NCBI GenBank assembly: GCA_049724395.1
Contig: JAUGWO010000139.1
Span: 1-64,000 of the forward strand
Origin: Spongospora subterranea f. sp. subterranea
Taxonomy: Eukaryota
Reading direction: 5' to 3'
DNA: 64,000 nt
Of the stretch, positions 49,062 through 61,910 are shown piece after piece. The translations under genes and the position numbers were made by a program. Numbering within the stretch: position 1 is the first letter of the stretch; each line of letters opens with the position of its first letter. A model generated the notes under the pieces. The model did no database searches and had not been told where the DNA came from. It saw nothing but the letters and a program-made list of their open reading frames with translations.

Positions 49062-49190
49062 TAAAGCGTTGCAGGTAAACAAAGAATGGTTGGAGAGAAA
49101 AAGCGGAAGAAATAATATGAGGAATGTATTATGTTATATTGGAACTGATGAGATAATTAATATATGTAGATATTATCAGGACAACAAATA

Positions 49191-50030
49191 TTATATGAGA
49201 TCCATTAGCGATGCCATTGCATCAGCTGCTGTTTGAACATCCGCAGACGGTTGGAGGGTTGCGGTTTTTAGTTCATTTATAGCTTTGACGAGACCAATGA
49301 TTTTTTCGTTCTTGTATCTTCCTGCTTCTACAGATTTTTGCATAACCTTCCAGCGTTGTTCAAGTTCGTTGAGGTCACGATTTAGCGCCACATTAGCACC
49401 GATTACTTCCCAGTTACTCTCACCATGTTCCAAAATCGCTTGAAGTAGTCTTATATCTGAGGCATTAGTCCATTTTCGCTTTGGCATTTGCGTCTCGTCG
49501 TCAGCACATCTGTCGGTCCTGATTTGAAGGCTTGGCCGTAGGCATGTCAATATCGCTGTCATCATCAGCCAACGATGACACGTCCAACACTGTCTTATCG
49601 CTATTCCTACCGTACTCATCCATATGATAAGCACAATACCTATGACATTTGAGTTTTTTTTACAAGAATGCGATCACAACAAGTTTATTTACCTCCAAAG
49701 ATTTTGGCATTCACTTGGGGACAACCTCCTGGGCGTATCTAACGTGGCGGAAATGATGTGCCAATCGATCGATACTATTTTTTGTTTTGACTGGACATAA
49801 TCATTGATACACCCAATCAACGAATGCACAAGTCTGATGTCATAACCAAATATCGAGGTCTGAAACGGCTGAATGGCATTTGAAAAACTGGGATCCCGGA
49901 CCCTTATCTTGACAGAAGGACGAGACAGACGAACCGGGGTCGGAATCGTCAATTGTGAGAGCGACATGAGCCCATCAAGCCCGTCTTTGGGCGAATCTGG
50001 CCCGGTCATGACCCTTGGCTCCAAAGCTGA
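49191..50030 (-). CDS. Myb/SANT-domain protein; 5' exons uncertain
   Basis: KRKWTNASDIRLLQAILEHGESNWEVIG..R...ELEQRW. A second degenerate repeat is IDWHIISATL..RRLSPSECQNLWR. Confidence 0.75.
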
Positions 50031-51098
50031 AAGTGCAACAAATTAGCTGAGTGTCCGCAGTCCGCAATCCATAAAGTTTCACGGTCCAGATTTGATGATC
50101 CAATTTTCTGCTGATTTCAAATTGCGAATGATAAACGAAACGGATACGATAAACTGGTGGATACATACATATACACGTAGATGTTCTATAACTTAATATT
50201 CTTGTTCTATGCAAGTGATTACCATAATAGCTACTGTAATCAGCAACAACTTCGTCATGGACAGATCTGGTTTCAGATATTCCCCAAGGTTGTCGTCCAT
50301 TTTATTTTAAGGACTGGAACAGCTGGTGAAGGTTCGCCTTTGATTGCTGAAGCCTGCGTTCCTATACTATGACCCTTTTGGGTGTCGCTATATGAATGGC
50401 TGGCAGGAATCCCCACGGAATCGGAGTCCCATGATCCCATCCTCACCCTGAATTACCCGTCGTACAGGGTACGGACTAATGTTACTGATCGATGCGAAGT
50501 CCGCGCAGTGTGTGCCAGCGAAAGTGTCGGCTGCATCCGAATTCGCGCTAGATTTCAAGCCGACACATTCGGGACGGTGAAATGGGGTGAAGGCAAACCC
50601 GATTTCAGCAATGCTGAAGCGCAACTCGGCTAAGAAAAACACAATAGCGACCGCGAAGGATTTCCAGATCAATTCTAACCGGATTCGGGCCTGATTGAAG
50701 AGGTTGCGACAAAATGGTGGGGCCTGTTTCGTCTACGAAAAAGCTTGAGGTAGCAGGATCAACGATAATGTTTAGTAAGAGTTTTTTATAAATTTTTAAA
50801 AGCTATCGAATGCAAAGAATGAACACATCGAGAAATTTTTCTTCGGAGCGCTCATCGCTTCCCAATTTATATAAAGATGGGTCAAAAAACGCATCAATTG
50901 GCGCGAATACGATGAAATGGGGAGGGTCCAACCGTGTAGTCTCTCGACACAGAGAATTTGTTTCCAGGCAACATCCTTTCAAAGTTGCATCTCAGTGTAT
51001 ACTTTCAATAGCTCCGCCATTGGATACAAGGAATGGCGTCCTGTAATCTATTCCGGCGTTCGGATAAATGGTGGGTTTCTAATTTCTGTGTATTCCGA

Positions 51099-51542
51099 TA
51101 TGTCTTCAAACGTTCCGGATGCCTTGGTCTTCCTTTGACGTTCTTAGACCCAATGTGGCGATGTTTTGCCTATGCTTGTGGTTGTCCCGCTTGAGGAATT
51201 ACGGTGTTTAGTCTGGCAACTCGCATGTACTGTACAGCAGTGGTGTACGTTGTACACTTTACCACTGTGATTGATGTTAATTTCATAATGTGAAATCAAT
51301 TTGGACTCCGTCATTGTAGATCAGCTGCGACAATGATCCGTCAGGGATATTCCGGATCGCACTCCGCTAAAGACAACTTGCAGTGGATGAAGCCGCCTGG
51401 TGCACAGAGACAGAGTCGGCTAGGAGACGATTACCAAGCTTCAATTCCAGATCTCCAAACGCAAGCCAGGATAATGAAGGCGCCTGCTTCTCCTCAACCT
51501 CAAAATTCGCATCCCTCAAAATGTGACATATCTGAAGGATAG
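51099..51542 (+). CDS. Small protein with an ELM2-like N-terminal motif
   Basis: SRLGDDYQASIPDL resembles the ELM2 consensus RVGxxYQAxIP. Exon structure uncertain. Confidence 0.4.
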
Positions 51543-51650
51543 TTGCTCTAGGAAGGTGTCAAGTGCTGGCATTTCTATTTAATTAAATATTCCACGATTA
51601 AGGTGCTTCATGTACATGAAATATTGATTAGTTGTACATTAAAACAATAT

Positions 51651-54600
51651 TTATTGTTCATTAATGAGGACATTTGTATCACACAGAGCGAATTTTAGCG
51701 CATCGGTGCCAATCTCCTCCCAATGCATTTCGATTAAATGATGAAGCGCAGCAGATGGCAAATCCTCAGTTAATAGGCTTTGAAATATTGCAGCCCATAT
51801 ATCAAACGCGTATGACCTAATCAGAGGGCAGCACAACGACATCAGAAACACCATAAAAAAAGTTTTTGAACTTACTCAGGCAGCATCTCCTCGATCTTCT
51901 GCAGCATCTGTTGCACATTCAACGTAAGGTCGAGATCCGTCCCGAATAAAATTCTAAAGTTTTCATTTAGCAGTAGATACTTCGGCAATATAAATCAGTT
52001 ACTGATGAATGGTAGATGCAGCTCCAAATGAGTCGATCTAAGCGAACGCAAAAATCAAAAATGTTCTTCGGCATTTGAGGAAGAGCCACAGTACCTCGTT
52101 TCGCCATGTTGGGTGAGTACATTGGACAACGGGGCTAGAAAATCGAGTTTGTGGACAGTAGGCTTGCATGTCCACAGCTGAGCTAAAATCAATAAGGGCA
52201 AGAGTGTGGCACTCTGAACCCAAAACTAAATGCTTCGGCTGAATTTTGCAGTGCAAAATATTGGTGTTGTTCAAACTGAAAAGATCATTACATTTTTCGA
52301 AATTTGGCAGTCGCTACTCTTACATATGCAATATCGTGAGGATTTGTTGAGTATAAAGCAAACCGATAACTTCGGGACAAAGAGAGCCCCGGGTTTTGAA
52401 CTTATCAATTAGCTTTTGTACTGTTCCAAGGTCGTCTCTGAGATCAGAAACAACCACAGATAAGTCTTCGAAAATGTATGACCGATTTGCAAGAATTAAT
52501 GAATCAGCTATATTCCACTGAGTTAGGACAAATTCGCAAAATAAGCCACTGATACAACCTGATGTTCCAACACCTCTTTCAGTTATCTTTTCAGCAATGT
52601 ACGATTCCCAAATGCTAGCGGGCCTGACGATTTTCAAAATCAAGGTTTTATCGGTCCCAAAATCTTGAGCTTCGAAGACGTTTTCCGTGATGCGACTGAG
52701 GACTAGCAGGTCTGCATCGTCAACTTCAATAGTACAATCTTCCTCTATGTCCTGTATTTCGTCGGGTGCCGCGACAGAAGAATGGTCGACAACGCTTCGA
52801 ACCTTGAAAACGCATTGACTCAACGTTCGCAAAATTAGCTGCAAAATACCTGACCAGGAGCGCCAGCGATCCGGCATCTCTCAGTAATCGTTAATGGATC
52901 AACGACCACGCCTGACGGTAGTCCTTGAATTTCCTGAATTTTTGAAGAAGCACGCAAATCTACAGTTGGATCATGGAATACTTCAAACTCGGTTGTTTCA
53001 TTGCTGTTTTGCTGGAAATCCGAATCTTCCAAGGTCTTATGGCCGTTATCGGCAAACATGGATCTTCATTGATTAGTAAGAATTTGACGGAAAATATACG
53101 AAACACAGAAACCACCGACCTGACTTCTTTAAGAGCATTGCGTGTATCTACCGTCATTGTCACTTCGGTATAGAATTGAATAAATCAGTGGGCGATACCA
53201 TAACAAACGACGTACAACTGACCTGTAGGGGACGGTGGGGGTAAAGCACTCCTGGGGACAACCAACGACGTTTTCTTGGGTTGGGCGAGGAAATTTTGAA
53301 TCGACGGCACATCTACAACATTGGCTCCAGGTGTCATCGCTCCAGAGGAAAACTGCAATCGGCGAGGATGCGACTCCATTATTGGCGACTGAATTGATAT
53401 CTTGGGAGTTTGCAGTCCAGCACCTACATGCCTTATTAGTCTTAGTTGTCAAATTTCGAGGCAATAGATAACCTTTCACTGATAATATTTGGCTGTAATT
53501 GACTGTCATCGGCATATCATCCTGGACTTCAGCTGCTCGTCGAAAATATTCCCGGGCTCTTACTTCCTCGAAGGATAAGCCTTCTGGAGTTTCTGGATCG
53601 TTTAACATTATAGCATCATAGCTGCGCTCGTAGTCAACAATTTCCGCAGAAAAGTGAGCTTGTGATTGCGGAGGGCAATGGATTCGACTCAACGGATCGT
53701 CTCTTAAACGTTCCGAAACGGGAACACCGTGCAACCGCTTCCTCAAATTGAATTCTTGATTTCGGGAGGAAGTTTCACATTGTTGAAGGTTTTCTTCTAC
53801 AAATACCTTGATCTGGGTAGGTTGTATCGAACTAGTTCGGACATCTGCAGGTTTACGCGAGTGAAATTGCTGCAGAGGCTCCGTCCATGTTGTCGGTGCT
53901 TGAACATTCTCTTTATTCATCGCGCGATGGCTAAAAGAGGTTGGCCCAGTGGTTTCAATTGTATGGCGCGGTGGTCTTCTGTTGGATGATTCTTCTTCAA
54001 TAAAAACCTCAATAGTACTGTTTTGTTGCGGGACAGAGGACCTTGACACAAGAGGCTGAGGCTGAACCCCTTGGCGATGCGACGACCCGGCTTTTTTCTT
54101 TGAAAGCTGTACTAATGCAGTCCTAGAGTTTGCTGCGACTGCGGACTGAGTCGAAGCTTGCTGTGATGATTTCCGCCTAAGCTTCAGAAGATTTAAAGAC
54201 TGTGTAAGCTTTTCTAAAGGCTTCGCATTGGCGTTGATGCCCACTTCAAGGATGCTTTCGGCGGCTTCGAAATCCTGTTTACTTTCCAATACACATGCCC
54301 AAGCCTGATAGAATAAGGCATGCGTCTGGCCAATTGACTTTGTCTGAAGAAACTGAAACAAGTCTTCAACACCAGCATGGCAATTATGAGCAACTAGAAA
54401 TGAATGCTTGTTATTAAGTATCTGGAAAGACATGAAGTAACTTTACACGTTATCCAAACTTTCAAGTACTTCTTCGAGTCTCGATAGCGTGGATCATCCA
54501 TAAACGTCATGCTACATCTTTCCAAGAGAACCTGGTATGAACGTTATAGAGAACGAATTCGAAACCGAAGCGATTCTACAAACCGTTAAATGGGAACGGT

Positions 54601-54841
54601 CGCCACCAGACACAAATTCTTCTTCAGTCCACTTGATATATCTTAGCCAAGTCTGAAGCGGGTCGGGTCCCACATAATCCCTGAGTTCCTGTTCAAATTG
54701 CATCGCTCTAGGATGGGAAGAAGCATGTCTAGCGGCCACTGAGCTAGCACAGTTATTCAGAGAGGATGCGGACCTTCCTTTGGCAACAGGTTGGACATTT
54801 TCTTTCGATTTTTCAATGTCATCGCAAGAAAGAACCACCAT
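51651..54841 (-). CDS. BUB1: Bub1/BubR1 (MadBub) spindle checkpoint protein with degenerate kinase domain
   Basis: EKSKENVQP..GR, TPR DPLQTWLRYIKW, second KEN, GLEBS LSFEEVRA, kinase LKIVRPASIWESYI and LIDFSSAVDM. Confidence 0.9.
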
Positions 54842-55298
54842 TGGCGATAGTCAATTCTGTTTGATCAAGCGCGCGTTTTCCATATCTATCGAGGCTCCGC
54901 CTTCTGTTGTTTGGGGCTTTGAGCGGGGAATTACGACTGTTGGTTATGTACATCTCCAGTCAGCCCGGTGTGTAGTCTGCAGCAGTGAGCTCCACGATCA
55001 ATATCCATTTGCGCTGGCGATGCGAAAAATTCAAATGTGATCCCATTTTTTTTTCTGCAAAAGGACAGTTTCAACAATTCTCATATGTGTTATTTCCGAT
55101 GTGATGATGCTGCACAATTACTTGTGTTGCATTGGTAGTTCGAGCTACCAGTGTAGTCGGGCCTGTATCAAAATCCCTCAATTTGTAGCTTTGTACTGCA
55201 ACATCAAGAAAAATTAGTCGTTGTCGATTCCCGTGATACACTCTCATACACAATAATTGCTGGTCAATAATATATGAATGGTTCCCTTGATAATTTGA

Positions 55299-55630
55299 CA
55301 AGCCCGTTGGCCTCGAAAGCCAGGGTTCCCTGCCGTTTCCAATTACTACTCCCGTTCAATGGCGGGATCTTTGCCAGAAGTTTCTCAGCACTCACCATGT
55401 TAGCAACGTGCTGGGCCCATATCCATATTTCCACCTTTAGTTGGTTATGGGCCCAGCACGTTGCTAACATGGTGAGTACTGAGAAACTTCTGGCAAAGAT
55501 CCAGCCACTGAACGGGAGCAGTAATTTCATTGATTGGAAACGGCAGATAACCCTGATTTTTCGAGGCCAATGGCGGCCTTGAAGGCTTCCTGAAAAAAGG
55601 GCTAGATCCACTGTCCACCGACGATGCCAC
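55299..55630. mobile_element. Head-to-head inverted pair of copia PBS plus gag-start fragments
   Basis: GGTTATGGGCCCAG (half-tRNA-iMet-type PBS) at 55443, followed by MVSTEKLLAKIQPLNGSSNFIDWKRQI; mirror copy at 55299-55424. Confidence 0.8.
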
Positions 55631-56461
55631 ATGGCAAGAGGATATTGCCTGCCAGTATAGCTATTTGAAGGGTATTACAAAGTTGGCCCATATGGGCTTA
55701 TGATAGCTGGACTGGACTGTTTAGCAACAATAGATGTACAACCGGAATAGATCTCGTTTAGCTGCACTTCGGTAAAGCTCCGATCTTAGTAATTGTTCAA
55801 AAAGTAGAGCTGATTGATTTGTTTGTTGATGTCGTAATAGCGAGAATGCATAAGGTCCGGTCGCCGCCAATAAATTTGTACAACGGCCACTACTGTAGAC
55901 TTCTAATTCCTCACTATCCCCGGTTTGCAGTGGACGGTTGCCAGCAGGCGATATCAGTCAGGGCTTCGCGGATGCGGAAGCAGCACGTCTCGTAGAGTTC
56001 CCGAAACTCCCTACAATCATGATCAACAGAAAACTTATTTTAATCGTTTCAAGCACTATCAGGCGCCACGGTGAACTACCAAACGAATCCCCGCGTGACA
56101 ATTCGAATCCAGCAACGCAGGATGCACACAGAGAGTCTTGGTGAATAAAACTCGCTCATTTGCACCGCACTCTTTGTTGACCTCTGAAAGATGATACTCC
56201 CCCATCCCCCTATTGTCCGTTTTCCCTGTCGTTCCGGTTCATTCCATTCGCCGATTTCTCTGTTCTCGCATTCCAATTTCTCGGTCTTTTCCTCAATCCC
56301 CTTTAGTTCAGGCGCAGCCCCATGAGTCCTGTATTCTGTCCGTTACTACCTACTGTATTTCGTCATTGTGTTAAACTGCCTAAACCCAACGACATCATGG
56401 GGTTATTGTGTTTGTTTTGCTGAGGAAGGAATCGGTGGGCGCTGCCGGTGAGACCCAGAAA

Positions 56462-58025
56462 ATGTCGCGACTGCAGGTGTTTGTTAAAATGCTCTATAGG
56501 CACTTTTACACGCAAATCTGATATGCGACCTTTTAGGCCATATTCTTATCAGAAAAAAGTCATTGTCTATTTCGATTTTTCCTGATTATGGTTCTCACAC
56601 ATCTTTTTTTAGGTTATTTCAATCGGTTCACGAATGATTCAAAACGTAATAGGCACATTTCAGACATTTTCCCTGCTGCTTGAGTTTTTGAACATACTAA
56701 CTCAGATAACAAGCTATCCAAAATACGTAAAAATAGTTGAGGTTGGACCACGTGATGGACTCCAGAACGAACCAGGGCCCATCATCCCTACATCCGTCAA
56801 AGTGAAGCTCATCGATTTATTAGCAACATCTGGCCTCAAGTCCATCGAGGCGGCTGCGTTTGTGTCGCCCAAATGGGTCCCGCAGGTGTGGACGTTTGTT
56901 ACGACATTTGCTTCAGAATCGTCGAATGCTTTGATAGACACGTTGCTTATCGCTGTTGTTCATTTTTATTCGTATAGATGGCCGATGCCGAACAGATTAT
57001 GAGCTCAATCGATCGTATAAATGGTGTTCAATACTCTGTCTTAGTTCCCAATTTATCAGGGTTCAATCGTGCAAAGAATGCGGGTGCTGAGCAAGTGGGC
57101 TAGATGTCTGTTTGGTGCCGGTTTTTCTTACAGCTTTTAGGTCTCGATTTTCGCCTCTGCTTCGGAAGCGTTTAGCCAAAAAAACATTAATTGTTCAATA
57201 GAAGAAAGCTTTGGGCGCTTTCAAGAAGTGCTCGATGCCGCATCATCTAGTAAAATTACTGTTCGAGGGTAGGAGCTATCTTCAAAAAATCATTTTATTC
57301 TTTATCTTCTATCTGCTCATGATCACTATCGTTCCATAATTGCACACCTTTGATATGATGTCAGGTATGTTTCTTGTGTTGTTGGTTGCCCTTACACAGG
57401 GGCAGTCGACCCCGATGCTGTTGCCATCGTAGCTGCGCGCCTCATCGAGATGGGATGCAGTGAGGTATCTCTCGGCGATACAATTGGTACAGGAACTCCT
57501 GGCTCCGTCCAAAAAATGCTTAACGCCGTCACGAGCAAGGTTTCCAAATCTCAACTCGCCGTTCATTTTCATGATACAGTAAGGCATTTTCTGAGTTTGA
57601 TTCTCTCTTCATGTTAAATAGTTCAACAGTATGGACAAGGTCTTTCTAACATATTATGTGCACTATCAATGGGGATCTCCATCATTGACAGTTCGGTAGC
57701 CGGTTTGGGAGGATGCCCTTATGCTGTGTATGTCAACACGTTCCTTTTGTGCTGTATCTGATGATTTTTGTGTAGAGGTGCCAGCGGAAACGTCGCTACT
57801 GGTATGTTTGGCTCTGAGTTCTTGAACTTGATTAGAGAAACTTAAGTTGAGCATATTTTAGAGGATGTTGTTTACATGCTTCAGGGAATGGACATTCAAA
57901 CGGGCGTTTTTCTTGAAAAGTTGCTTGATGCCAGTGATTACATCTGTAAGGAAATTGGAAGGCCACCAACTGGTCGGGCTGCCAGAGCACTTCTAGCAAA
58001 GCGTCAATCTGCAAATCGCACCTAA
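56462..58025 (+). CDS. HMGCL: Hydroxymethylglutaryl-CoA lyase
   Basis: [63 protein letters not shown] and [15 protein letters not shown]; many short introns. Confidence 0.96.
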
Positions 58026-58029
58026 AAAA

Positions 58030-60050
58030 TTTACAACGATCCCCCTTTCGAGACGGAAGTTCATCTAAATCTACCTAGACGACTTGCTTATTGGATAAAG
58101 TGCTCCATAACCGGTTCCTTTGGTGATTTCTTTGACTTCGATAGTTTTCTGAACCTATTCTGAACAGTGTCTGTCGTGGTGCTTAAACGTCTCGTGTCTT
58201 CTTCTGCACTCCTAAATGACATCTGCCATAATTGAAACTATCCTACTTGACGATTTCGTCCTCTATAATCAACTGAAAGCACTCTCCTTTTTGTTGTTAA
58301 TCAAGATTCCTATCATACAGGTAAAAAAATAAACGCCATAACAGTTAGACATTTTATAAGGAAGCCGATTTGTTTGAAGACGCTTTTATTACATTTAATC
58401 CAAACGGCGTCGGCGGCAACCGTCAATATTCCAGACTGCATTGCAGATATCGCGACAATTACACAGTACGTACCCGGGCAATAGCATGAGATTCGGCAGA
58501 GTGGCAAAACACACTTCCCGGCCAGGGAACACATGAGAGCAAGTGCCGCTATAGGATTGAACAGCCTTTTGCCCCATCACCGATCGAGATTTTCTGCAGG
58601 GGTGAAAGTGAAGGTTTGGTGCTCTACCAACAACCGTTTCTCTTTGAAAAAAGGATGCTGAGTTTACTTTATGGCGTGATCGCTCGCTGTATGATATCTG
58701 CAAATTCCAACTGGGAAAATCGTTCACTCCATCACGGTTCCGTGGAGTGCTCTCAAACGATATCGATTGAAGTCGTTTATAGGCATACACTTGACACTAA
58801 TTTTGTCCTGTTGTTTGAGGATCTTCTCCAAGACTGTGAAGCAATCGTTAAAAGACGATACATACCCCAAAATATCATCAATACATAAAAGGCAACATTG
58901 GTAGAGTAGATCAGAAAGGACCTCCTGCATACCTGATTGAAAGGCGAAAACAGCATCGCAAATACCTTGAAAACGCCTTGGGGTGAAAACGACTTCGTGC
59001 GTCATGAACGAGCACGCTTCTTGTGAATCATGATGAAGAGGAAATTGCCAGTAACCCTTAAAGGCATCAAGCAGAATAACAATATGGACGTTGCGAAGGT
59101 AGCCCAATATTACATCAATATGTGGCATATCGGTATGATCAGCAAGATGTCAAGTATTACACTTTTGGTGCACGCGCTGCTCCGGTTGGCCTATCCAATT
59201 TTCATCTTTCAAATACAGACAACATCCCAATACACTGCATCAAAGTTTGTTATTCGCGTTTTACAATCAATCAATATCATCCACCAGGCGTGAATGGATA
59301 CACACTCACGGTTGTGTGAAAAGTTTTCGATGTCCACATACTCAGCCCGCAGTGCTCATTTCCACTTTCCTCGGTCCAAAAAAAAGCAGGCCAATCGCCC
59401 TCGCCAAACATTGTTCTTTTCGATGTACAATCCATCGGTAATATTGTCCAGGTGTCAAGTGATAAACTGTTTGCTGGGACTGGAAAGTTCTTGGATCTGA
59501 GCCAGTCTGGCTTACTGGGTCCTACACAATCTTCCTCGTTCAAAAAAAGAGAAGAGCACGATCTGCTTCGCCAAACTTTGTTTTTTTCGATGTACAATCC
59601 ATCGGTATTCTCGCCCAGGCGTCAAGTATCAAACTGTTTGCGGGGACTGCAATTGTTTGGAGTCTGGCCCACTGGGTCCTAAACAATCTTCCTCGTTCAA
59701 AAAAAGAAAACTGCCCAATCTGCTTCGCCAAAGTTCATTATTTTCGATGTACAATCCATCGGTTTTATTGCCCAGGCGTAAAATGTTAAACTGTTTGGGG
59801 GGACTGTCAATTTTTTGCTATCTTTTTATTTGCGGATGGTCTTGGAGTTGAAAACTTCAAGTTTGATGCTGTTGTGTCGTGAATATAATCTCACAACAAT
59901 TTCTGATTCCTCGTACAGGTAGGTGCTGACAGGCTGCGTAAATTCATGTTGGCAGCACTGAACTGGCTTTTGTTGTATGCAAGCTAAGGATCTTCCGAGA
60001 ATGACTTTTGTTTTATGAGAGCTTCCAAAAAGGCAGTCGCGGTGCATCTA
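58030..60050 (-). mobile_element. Ty3/gypsy pol remnant (RT region), degenerate
   Basis: MPHID..LDAFKGYWQFPLH.DSQE.CSFMT..VFTPRR.QG..DAV..FQ..M..LCIDDILGY, with multiple stops and frameshifts. Confidence 0.8.
59370..59820. repeat. About 160-bp tandem triplication within the gypsy remnant
   Basis: TTCGATGTACAATCCATCGGT recurs at about 59419, 59586 and 59745 with flanking similarity. Confidence 0.85.
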
Positions 60051-60315
60051 CCGCGTTCAAATCAAATATTGGGAGGCTGAAAGTTGATTCATCTGGCGAG
60101 CATAGTAGTACGCGTACATGATTTTTCTGGACACATTCGTAGCGCAATGTAGCGCCGAGAAACTTGTTCACATAGAATAGGACCAATCACGGAGGTGCCA
60201 CTGGAGTGTACACAATCTGACAGAGGACGACGTGGCGTTGCAGATCACGTCGCGCATAGACCGAATACTGCGTACAGTACCCGCAATCCACTCGTTTAGT
60301 CGTCGTATTTCGTTA

Positions 60316-60895
60316 GGGCCCGTTTGGATGCCACGGATTTTGATATCCGGATATTGTCTGATATTGCGGTTTTTTCATCCAAACAACCACATCAGCGGGT
60401 CACGGGGTATGTCGTCTTATGTTCCATGTCAGTGTATACGAATTGGTTGCGATTCGGTAATTATCCCCAATGGAAGATCATCATGAACAGATTAAAAAAC
60501 GAATCGTTGGCGTCGTTGCTGCGTACGCCAACACATTCTGCGTTAGATCCCCTTGCCGAACCTCAACGCTCAGCGGAGCCAGCTGGATTGCCGAGCTTAT
60601 TCACCGCAATCCAACTCGGATATACGAGAATTTGAGAATGAACACTTCACTTTTTGTGAAATTGGTGAACATACCTGCTAATCGTTTCGCCGCTCCTTTG
60701 AAATCGCTCTTGAGCGTCGCGATTTTTTACACTCTGTTATACGGTGAACAAAAAAATTGCCACCTGTTCTGATACTTCCATGTGCCTAGTTGCACGTAAT
60801 GTCCCCGAATCGGTGAGTATGTTCACCAATTTCACAAAAAGTGAAGTGTTCATTCTCAAATTCTCGTATATCCGAGTTGGATTGCCGTGAATATC
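60316..60895 (+). mobile_element. PIF/Harbinger element 5' end with an internal inversion
   Basis: TTA followed by GGGCCCGTTTGG (PIF/Tourist-type TIR). Transposase N-terminus RTSTLSGASWIAEL..NPTRIYENLRM..LFVKLV continues on the minus strand as VSEQVAIFLFTV. Confidence 0.8.
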
Positions 60896-61910
60896 TGTGG
60901 ATTTGGGTAGGCTTGCCATTGCCGGCGTCAAGCCGCAAGACTGGCTGTCAGTTTGCTCCCGAGCTGAAGAGCAACAGCGCCTGTACGATACAGTCGCCGA
61001 CTTCGAGCCCAGCGATGCCGCGACCAGCAAGCGCATCCAGGTGGTCCGCCAGTTCCGATCATTCTTTGAATGTCCTGAACCCCTGACATTAAAGATGGTC
61101 GCTCAGGAGATCGGCAACGATGTATTTTATCTTCAATTCTTTCAATGCCCATTTTCTAACATCATGACAGCACTGGGACGCGACCACCTGCTGTTCGCTC
61201 ATCAATGCAATGTCGACGCGATCCCATTGATTCAGGACGGCCAACCCGACCCTAATCTTGAACGAAGCGGATATGCAAAAATGATCGGGACTGGCGGATT
61301 ACCTGGATGCGCTTGCTTGTCGCGGCATCGCTGGGCCCGAAGTCGGCCACTGTTTAGGGTAACGACGGCCGAGCCGGCAACAGGATGATTACGAACGTGC
61401 TCAACCGGGAATGAATACCTGGTTTGAGGGTTTTCCATCTTGTGCTCTTTTCCCAGAATCGTGTGATGCGGTTCTGTCCGGGTTTCGATTGAACTGTGTT
61501 TATCCTGATTCTATAAACATCACAACCCAACCAATGAACTCAATTCACGAAGGGTTTGCCGTGATTTCTCACTCATTAGGCGGATCGTAACTGCTGGATG
61601 AGATTTTAGTGATCGGTCGGTTCGTATCTCTTGACGACTCAAATGGAAATGAGTCTGATTGTCAACAGCATCGGAGCTTGCATTGTATACACGAAGGTAA
61701 GGATGGCAAAACAGTCTGATGTTCCAGTTGTTAACTATCCGATTTCCTGACATGATCGACTCGCCCTAAAAATCGATTCATGGAACTTGTTCGCTGTGTT
61801 ACTGAATAGGTCACTCGAACTGTGGCAATTGCCATTCCAGGGAAATGATTTTGGTCAAATCGAAAACAGGTTATAGGTAGGGCAACAAAGGGATGGTAAG
61901 TTGATATATA

